Assembly: GCA_964016885.1 (NCBI GenBank)
Contig: OZ024755.1
Span: 21,142,001-21,206,000 of the forward strand
DNA: 64,000 nt
Origin: Eledone cirrhosa
Taxonomy: Eukaryota
Direction: 5' to 3'
In this document: one piece after another, positions 55,196 to 64,000 of the stretch
How the letters are laid out: every line of letters begins with the position of its first letter
Position numbering within the stretch: the stretch's first letter is position 1
Position numbers and translations under genes: made by a program
Notes under the pieces: model-generated
Databases searched by the model: none
What the model was told of the DNA's origin: nothing
Seen by the model: only the letters and a program-made list of their open reading frames with translations

Positions 55196-55639
55196 TCAAC
55201 CCTTTAGTTACCAAGCCGGCCAAAACCGGTTCTGGTTCTATGAAATAAAGCCACCCATTTTAAAGGTTTCTAATTTATATCAAAATTTTCCAACATAATT
55301 TTATATATGAACCTTACATTAAGTTACTATCTTAGTAATGTAATAATTCATAATTTTAATATATCCCTCAAAATTCTTCATTAACCCTTTAGCATTTAAA
55401 CCGGCCATATCCGGCCAGAATTATCTCTTTCAGTTCAAACCGACCATAACTGACTACTCATACTGATATTATGGTATTGCTCTCAAAATAAATATCACTA
55501 TCTCATAGCTTTGATATTATGTGAGGTAAAGCCTTTACTGTGAAAATACAATAATAAATATAAAGTAATGTAAATGTTAATGGGTTAATTAATTGAAACA
55601 GAATGTATTTCATTAGAAATGTGGTCATGAAAGGGTTAA
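55196..55639. mobile_element. piggyBac-like MITE family B containing a nested family A MITE (55381-55588)
   Basis: Inner element bounded by TTAA on both sides; the empty site is visible in the copy near 61470-61500. Confidence 0.85.
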
Positions 55640-55994
55640 GAACTTGAATGTATTGTAAAAAAGCCACCCTTTCAATGTTGGTATTTAATTGAAACAAGAC
55701 AAGCTGATGGTGCTTATAGTTTTCAGTTGACCTTTTCATCATTTTTATCTATATTCTATCAATAGTCTCATTTTGTCAAATATAAAGTGATGTGATGAAA
55801 TGTCGGTCTGAATTAAAAACTTCCGTTACAATACATGACCAGACTATATACACTTCAGTTATAAACATACATTGAATATAGTTCTGTTTTTGTATGAAAA
55901 CAGAAGATGACATATATACCCATTCACGGATTGATAAGTAGATAGATTGAAAGATAGATAGATTGGTTGATTGATTGGTAGATAGATAGATATG

Positions 55995-57576
55995 TTTCTT
56001 TATTAGCCACAGGGGCACAAAAGAAGGGGACAGATACAAAGGGGGAAGTTTACATACAATAAAAACATGTAAAATACTATCACAAATACAATTTAAAAGT
56101 TAATCGATTTTACCCAATAGGGGGAGACATTACATATGGGTAACACATACCCCCGAAAAAAATGTGCAACCCTCATCTCCAGGAGTACGAAGAGTTTGTA
56201 CCCCTTTTCTCTCCTCCTCTTTTTCCTCAACCTACAGGCTGATATAGAGAGAAGGCCCATTCTCGCCACTTTCACCCACCTTTCATAAAACTTGCTGGGG
56301 TACAGCACCTCTCTCTCCATCCTGATTCTTCTTCTAAAGTGGTATTTGAAAAAAAGAATCAGTTGTTGGCCGGAGAGAAAGGTGTCTGACCTCAGCCCTT
56401 TCAACCTTGCCCACCATACAACCTCTTTCGCCATATCTATCACACAAAGGAAAACCGCCTCTCCTTCGTTTTTTAAGGAGGATGGCGGTTTGATCATGAC
56501 AATGGACTTGGTGGTTAACCGGATTGGTCCCACCCGCGACAATAGTCGTTCTACATAGCCCCACAGGTCACTAACGCCCGGGCAGTGTATGAATGCGTGT
56601 GTGACGGTTTCTTCGTCTCGCATGCACCTCGGACAGATCTTTTTCGAAGGGTCCCTGCTCGGGCGCCCATGTCTGTAGAGCTTGTCTCGAACTGTTAGAG
56701 CTCCTTGGTAGCACTGCCAGACCAGGGACTTTTGGAAGAGATAGATAGATTTCTTTATTTGCCACAAGGGCGCACAAGAAAAGGGTAAAATACAAAGACA
56801 TGCCGGGGATTTTACATACAGTCGTGTAAAAAATATAAAACAAACAATTATAACAATCGAAATCCCCAATAGCGGGGAAGCGCCACAAATGGATTGTTTA
56901 ATACCCCATCAATAGAACAACCCTCAACTTCAGGAGCGTGTTGTGCAAGTGCTCCTTTCTTCCTTTTGCACTCTTCTTTAACCTACAGGCTTATAAACAG
57001 AGAAGGCCCAATCACTCGGGTCATTTTTGCCATATTCACCCACCTTTCAGTAAATTTACTGGGGTGCAGTGCCTCTCTCTCTACTCTGATTCTCCTTCTA
57101 AAGTGATACTTAAAGAAGGGAATCAATTGTTGTCTGGAGAGAAAGGCATCTGTCCTCGGTCCTCTCAATCTCATCCACCATATAACTTCTTTCACCAGCC
57201 ACTGTACAGAGGAAAGCCGCCTCTCTTTTGTTTTTGAAAGAGGCTGGCGGTTTGATCCTTACTATGGACTTGGCAGTCAACTGGATTTGTCCCATACGCG
57301 ACAGTTGTTCTGCATAGTTCCACAGGTCAGTTACGCCCGGGCAGTGTACAATTGTGTGCAGGACGGTTTCAATGTCCTGCTCGCATCTTGGACATGTCCT
57401 GCCGGGGCGTCCGTGCCTGTAGATCTTGTCACGAACTGGTAGAGCTCCTCGGTAGCACTGCCAGGCTAGAGACCTCTGGAAGTTGTCCATAGGTCCCGGG
57501 CAGAAAGTCCTACCAAACAGACTGGTGAGCTCATCGTCTTCGACGCCCAGAGTCTCTCCGAGCACGTCATCGTCTA
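55995..57576 (-). mobile_element. Two tandem 5'-truncated Tx1/L1-clade LINE 3' ends (55995-56737 and 56749-57576)
   Basis: zf-RVT-like segment W.CY.GAL.VRDK...CPRC....ETV.H...HCP....LW in ORFs 56093-56869 and 57110-57682; each ends aataaagaaa next to (TATC)n. Confidence 0.85.
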
Positions 57577-57859
57577 GATAGATAGGTAGATGGATAGATA
57601 GATAGGTAGATTGGTAGATAGATAGATAGATATATAGGTAGATTGGTAGATAGAGATAGATATGTATATACTCATAACCCATATATAAATCATATTTCTA
57701 TTGAAATAAGGTAAGAAACACTGTCTGATTTTCAATTAATTTTGAAAATCTAGAATTTGGAGAGATTTGCTTATATAATTAACTTTCTCATTATAATAAT
57801 AATAATCAAAATTATTGTTTACAGTGCCAGAGTTTGGAGCATAACTTGACAAGATTATT

Positions 57860-58041
57860 TGGCAGTATCGGTAGAAGGTCGGATGCCATGCTTTGACGCA
57901 TAGAGTTACGGCCCTTTCCATTCTGAGTTCAAATCCTGGCAAGGTTAACTTTGCCTTTCATCCTTACGGTGTCGATAAAATAAAGTACCAGTAATGCACT
58001 GGGATAATTGCTGGCCTTATGCCAAATGTAGAAACAATTAT
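57860..58041 (+). mobile_element. Meta-domain tRNA SINE
   Basis: Family consensus match. Confidence 0.85.
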
Positions 58042-59057
58042 TTCATGTATTGTAAGATTAATATTATTATAATTTCTTTAACCCTTTAGCATTTATATTA
58101 CTCTATATATACTATTGTATTTTCACAGTAAACACTTTATCTCACATAATTATTTCACATAATATCGAATCTAGGAGATTTTGATATTATTTATTTTGAG
58201 AACAATACCTTAACATAATTATGAGCCAGTTTGAACAGAAATGGGTAACAGCCAGTTTGAACAGAAATAGGTGAGAGAATTCTGACCAGATATGGCCAGT
58301 TTAAATGCTGAAGGTTTAAAACAAATAGTTTTGTATCATAAAACCTGGGTCACTTTCAGGTAGTTTGACATGAAAAGAAGTTATGCAATTTGAAATTGTG
58401 GTCTACATTTCACATCTGGGTCTGTTAAGGTTTCCAGTTTCACACTGTGCTGATTATATACGTGCCATAGTTACATCTAGTATCATACATGTGATCTGAC
58501 ACTATTGAGATTAAGTATTTTGATAACGATTTCCGTGCTGTGACTATAATAAGATTCAGTCCATTCACCATTGAAATATTTCTCAGGTAGTTTGTGTTTG
58601 TGTAGTTTCATTAGCTTTAAATGATAAGACGTAATGAAATCGAAAATACCTTTTTGGTATTTTATATAACAATAAATAAGATATCTATTTCATTTCTACC
58701 TACTTCCCCTCCCATATTCCCACCCCTACAACTCTCTCTCTAAATCTACCTCCTCTCTCTATATCTATCTATCTATCTATCGATCTCACTTGATCCTCTC
58801 TTTTAGTTTATTTTACATTATATCATATTTTATTCATAGAACAAAAACATCCAGTCCACCCTGCAAGGTGGTTGTTCTGGGGACATGATGAAAAAATACC
58901 TAGTCCACCCTGTCAGGTGGTCATACTGGTGACATGACAAAAACACCCAGTCCACGCTGTATTGTCTTCCTATATTGACTTTGTGCATGTGTGTGTGTAT
59001 ATATTTATATATACATATGTATATATGTATATATATATATATATTCTAATAATATTA

Positions 59058-59088
<31 letters not shown>

Positions 59089-59486
59089 GCAAGCGTGGAA
59101 TATGGACGTTAAACGATATATATGTGTGTGTATATATATGTGAAAGAAAAGGACAAGAAAGAGATGACAGTAATGATGTAAAATTCATTTAGCCTGAAGG
59201 TACTTGAATATTTTATAGCTTTACAGAAATTTTTATAGAATTTTGTAAAATTTTCTCTTGCATAAAAATATCCTGCTATTTTAGAATAATTTTTATTCGT
59301 GTTATGTTAATATAGCATATCAACATAACATTGTTAAGATCAATATATATTGATTTCACTACTTAATCATTCAGTTCAAGTTAAATTTTTATTTTGGTTA
59401 ATAACCTATGTCCTATTTCTAGACATATCAAGAATGCCTTTGTAACCGTTTTTCAACTCAGGTTAAGAAAATTTGAAGAAATTTAC

Positions 59487-59528
<42 letters not shown>

Positions 59529-59700
59529 TTATATTATATTATTGTTATAATTTGGGAGGGTCATGCTGCCATTAAAAACACACGCCTGTTGGTTTTCACC
59601 TTTTATTAATAGCATGACCCTCCCAAACTATACCAATATCTGTTTCAACACACATTTTCAGATAAGTAATCTTGCAAAACAAATACAAAAACGAAGTCTA

Positions 59701-59950
59701 AATATTATATTATTTATTCCTGTTCATACACAAAACAAGGTGACAAGGCCCTAATTTGACCATACCTCCAGAAAATAAGAAGCATCAAAATAGTGATCTT
59801 TCTTCAGGTGCTAATACGAGATTATAAGCACCTGAAGAACGGTCACTATTTTGATGCTCTTGTTTTCTGGTGGTATGGTTCAATTTGGGTCTGGAAACCT
59901 TGGGTAGCGCTTTTGTTCTGTGTATGAACATAAATATATAATATAATATT
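59701..59950. repeat. Long imperfect hairpin whose right arm carries a hammerhead-like motif (59826-59912, + strand)
   Basis: AAGCAC-CTGAAGA-[55 nt]-GAAA-CC(TTG)GG-TA-GCGCTT; arms agcatcaaaatagtgatc / ggtcactattttgatgct. Confidence 0.6.
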
Positions 59951-60199
59951 TCTGCTCTCTTCCCAATTGAATGTTGTTATTCTTTTTCCTTTTCACATCC
60001 ACATGTATTGCTACATATACATATACACACTCATATATATATATATTATTTATATTGTATTAATAGGTACATATAAAAAGTCCAAGATATAGAGCAACTG
60101 AAGTTCGTATGGCAAGTTTGAATATAATATCAAAGCCAGTTACTACACTGGTGCCATAGCAGGTACATATGTTTCGTTAGTGCTGGGGATGCATATATA

Positions 60200-60312
60200 C
60201 AAACCACTCCTGTTCATTATAGTCCTTCAAGTCACAACAGAGGAATCCAAGAATGGATGTCCATGGGAACTCTTGTATGTTGATGATTTAGCTCTCATAG
60301 CAGAAACTGCAG
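60200..60312 (+). mobile_element. RTE RT fragment
   Basis: Reads PLLFIIVLQVTTEESKNGCPWELLYVDDLALIAETAE. Confidence 0.85.
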
Positions 60313-61145
60313 AAGGTTGACTTCATATGTGACAGATACACAGGAGTAGTTAGTCAACAGAGAAGGTTGACTTCATATGTGACAGGTACACCAGAGAAGT
60401 TAGTCAACAGAGAAGGTTGATTTCAAATGTGACAGGTACACCAGAGTAGTTAGTCAACAGAGAAGGTTGATTTCAAATGTGACAGGTACACCAGAGTAGT
60501 TAGTCAACAGAGAAGGTTGATTTCATATGTGACAGGTACACCAGAGTAGTTAGTCAACAGAGAAGGTTGACTTCATATGTGACAGGTACACCAGAGTAGT
60601 TAGTCAACAGAGAAGGTTGACTTCATATGTGACAGGTACACCAGAGTAGTTAGTCAACAGAGAAGGTTGACTTCATGTGTGACAGGTACACCAGAGTAGT
60701 TAGTCAACAGAGAAGGTTGATTTCATATGTGACAGGTACACCAGAGTAGTTAGTCAACAGAGAAGGTTGACTTCATATGTGACTGGTACACCAGAGTAGT
60801 TAGTCAACAGAGAAGGTTGATTTCATATGTGACAGGTACACCAGAGTAGTTAGTCAACAGAGAAGGTTGACTTCATATGTGACAGGTACACCAGAGAAGG
60901 TTGACTTCATATGTGACAGGTACACCAGAGTAGTTAGTCAACAGAGAAGGTTGATTTCATATGTGACAGGTACACCAGAGTAGTTAGTCAACAGAGAAGG
61001 TTGATTTCATATGTGACTGGTACACCAGAGTAGTTAGTCAACAGAGAAGGTTGATTTCATATGTGACTGGTACACCAGAGTAGTTAGTCAACAGAGAAGG
61101 TTGACTTCATGTGTGACAGGTACACAGGAATAGTTAGTCAACAGT
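60311..61145. repeat. 50 bp minisatellite, about 17 copies
   Basis: Unit agaaggttgacttcatatgtgacaggtacaccagagtagttagtcaacag. Confidence 0.95.
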
Positions 61146-62131
61146 AAGAATACTTGGGAAATGAATTCCCTCATATGTTTGGAAGACTTAGATAACTATA
61201 ATCTTCATTATTTTATGTCCTCCTCTTCTGATGTCAGTATAGAGTTGAATGGGTCATCCACAGTCTGATTCAATTCTTATTCTTCATAGACTGAAGTATT
61301 AACTCTTTAGTTACAAACCTGGCCAAAACCAGCTCTGGTTCTATGAAATAAAACCACTCACATTAAAGGTTTCCAATTTAAATTAAAATTTTCTAACATA
61401 ATTTTATATAAGAACTTTACATTAAGTTACTATCTTACTAATGAAATAATTAATAATTTTATTAAATCTCTCAAAATTCTTCATTAATTAAAACAGAGTG
61501 TAGTCCATTAGAAATGCAGTTATGAAAGAGTCAACAGTTAAAATGTTTTAGCTTCAGACACAAATGCAAGTATTGGTAATAAATTATGATCATTTCACTG
61601 GTAGCTTGGAAACTATCAACTTTATTTACATTACACAATCACATATAATTAGAAAATATATTTCATTGCTAATTATAGCAGGCTGTGTTGTTATATGGAG
61701 TCTCCATCTTTCATTGATTGATCAGTTTCAATTATGGATCATCTTTTCCTTTATCTTTTAAATTAAGTCAATCTTAGACCCCATGGGGACTCAGATATGT
61801 TATAGTGCCTATTGTTATTGTACCTATTGTTCTGCCTATTCTTATAGTGTTTATTGTTATTGTACCTGTTGTTCTGCCTATTCTTATAGTGTTTATTGTT
61901 ATTGTACCTGTTGTTATTATGTATATTGTTAAAGTGCTACTTGTTATTGTACCTATTGTTATTCTGCCTATTGTTTTAGTGCCTATTATTATTGTGCCTG
62001 TTGTTATTGCAACTATTGTTAATGCGCCTATTGTTTTAGTGCCTATTGTTATTGTGCCTATTTAGCTCTTGACTCTTACATTCAGACTCCAATGACTAAC
62101 AATAGTAACTGTATAATATTATTTCTATTGT

Positions 62132-62313
62132 TGATTGGCAGTATCGGTAGAGGGTCGGACGCCATGCTTTCCAGCATAGTTACGTCCCTTAACGATCTGA
62201 GTTCAAATCCCGCCGAGGTTGACTTTGCCTTTCACTCTTACGGGGTCGATAAAATAAAGTACCAGTAATGCACTGAGTAATTGCTGGCCTTGTGCCAAAC
62301 GTAGAGACAATTA
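62132..62313 (+). mobile_element. Meta-domain tRNA SINE
   Basis: Family consensus match with CpGs intact. Confidence 0.85.
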
Positions 62314-62627
62314 TTTCTATTGTTGCCACTGACACAATGCCAAGCTCCATTTGTTTCTCACTACTTCATCTATTATTTTTACTCTGTTCACACATTTAAA
62401 TTGATATTTCACTTCCGGAATCAATTACTGCAATCATCATTTTATGTTCTTTTTCAAATATATATATATATACCTACCCATATTTCCTCTAATTTCAGAT
62501 ACAAACATTCTTTCCCATATAAATTCATGGCCTTAACTCTTCCTACTGAACAAATTATTGCCAATTATACATTATAGTTAAAACCTATTTTATTTATTTC
62601 CTCTCACTTTATTTTCTGTCTATTCAA

Positions 62628-63490
62628 CTGTCTGTCTGTCTGTCTACCAGTCTCCTTTTATGTATGTCTGTCTATCAGTCTCCATTTATGTCTGTCTGTC
62701 TATCAGTCTCCATTTATGTCTGTCTGTCTATCAGTCTCCTTTTATGTCTGTCTGTCTATCAGTCTCCTTTTATGTCTGTCTGTCTATCAGTCTCCTTTTA
62801 TGTCTGTCTGTCTACCAGTCTCCTTTTATGTATGTCTGTCTATCAGTCTCCATTTATGTCTGTCTATCAGTCTCCATTTATGTCTGTCTATCAGTCTCCA
62901 TTTATGTCTGTCTGTCGGTCTCCATTTATGTCTGTCTGTCTATCAGTCTCCTTTTATGTCTGTCTGCCTATCAGTCTCCTTTTATGTCTGTCTGTCTATC
63001 AGTCTCCTTTTATGTCTGTCTGTCTATCAGTCTCTTTTTATGTATGTCTGTCTATCAGTCTCCTTTTATGTATGTCTGTCTATCAGTCTCCATTTATGTC
63101 TGTCTATCAGTCTCCATTTATGTCTGTCTATCAGTCTCCATTTATGTCTGTCTGTCTATCAGTCTCCTTTTATGTATGTCTGTCTATCAGTCTCCATTTA
63201 TGTCTGTCTGTCTATCAGTCTCCTTTTTATGTCTGTCTGTCTATCAGTCTCCTTTTTATGTCTGTCTGTCTATCAGTCTCCTTTTATGTCTGTCTGTCCA
63301 CCAGTCTCCTTTTATGTCTGTCCGTCTATCAGTTTCTTTTTATGTCTGTCTGTCTATCAGTCTCCTTTTATGTCTGTCTGTCTATCAGTCTCCTTTTATG
63401 TCTGTCTGTCTATCAGTCTCCATTTATGTCTGTCTGTCTATCAGTCTCCTTTTATGTCTGTATGTCTATCAGTCTCCTTTTATGTCTGTC
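62628..63490. repeat. 26-30 bp minisatellite built on (TCTG)n
   Basis: Unit tatcagtctccttttatgtctgtctgtc with a variable number of TCTG. Confidence 0.95.
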
Positions 63491-64000
63491 CAACTGCTTT
63501 TGTCTTCAGTCATAAATCTCTCTCAATAGTTAAGACTGGCTGTGGAATGTCTTCATTCCTAAATCTTTCTCAATAGTTAAGACTAGCTGTACACTAAACA
63601 ACAACTATGTGCAGTCCTTGTCTGTTGTTCATTTAAACTCAACATTGCTTTTGTGTTGATTTTTATTTGATTTTAGAAAAACACCCGTCAGCTACTTCAA
63701 AAAAAAAGATTTTTTTAATTTGACAGAAACATTTAGAAAACTTTAAAAGAATATTTTTTTTTAGTACAATTAAAACAACAAATTAATGTTAATTGTATTT
63801 GTTTGCCAGAGAATTTCCTTTTTTTGTTTATTTATTTTTTTTTTAAATTAAGTTACTTCCTGCAGGACAAAGAAATATATGTGTGGGTGGTTGTATGGTT
63901 GGGTGAGTGGATGTATGTGTGTATGTCTGTGATGGATGTATGAGTGTATGACTGTTGGATGTATGAGTGTATGACTGTGTTGGATCTATGGGTGTATGAC

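Noticed and set aside
57700-57720. Strong donor-like AAG|gtaaga
   Set aside because: Lies inside a decayed TTAA MITE and has no upstream acceptor
60311-61145. Regularly spaced repeats as a possible CRISPR array (also the arrays at 5594, 19918 and 50408)
   Set aside because: Head-to-tail units with no unique spacers, no cas genes, and a eukaryotic context
62660-63576. Three overlapping Cys/Ser/Val-rich ORFs of about 285 aa
   Set aside because: All three frames are open because the repeat unit lacks stop codons

Overview
AT-rich, microsatellite-dense eukaryotic DNA that is almost entirely intronic or intergenic. The repeat families present (RTE LINEs with (GAT)n tails, tRNA-CORE SINEs with RTE tails, Meta-domain SINEs, TTAA-flanked MITEs) suggest a mollusc, most likely an octopod cephalopod; this is an inference. 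No complete host gene is visible, only a few weak candidate + strand exons. The recognisable coding sequence is all decayed non-LTR retrotransposon: RTE (one near full length, with endonuclease, RT and a PHD-like finger), Rex3/Expander-like RTE, Vingi, and Tx1/L1-like pieces sitting in (TATC)n. More than a dozen minisatellites are present, several visibly grown from SINE/LINE tails or from candidate splice-donor junctions. The most notable unannotated signal is about 8 short motifs matching the minimal type I hammerhead ribozyme consensus (helix I-CUGANGA-helix II-GAAA-short helix III-UH), some inside long hairpins. This is the architecture of Penelope-like element termini. A CpG-retaining block at about 21.7-30.4 kb lies between CpG-decayed flanks. 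All coordinates were read by eye, and boundaries of old repeats are approximate.
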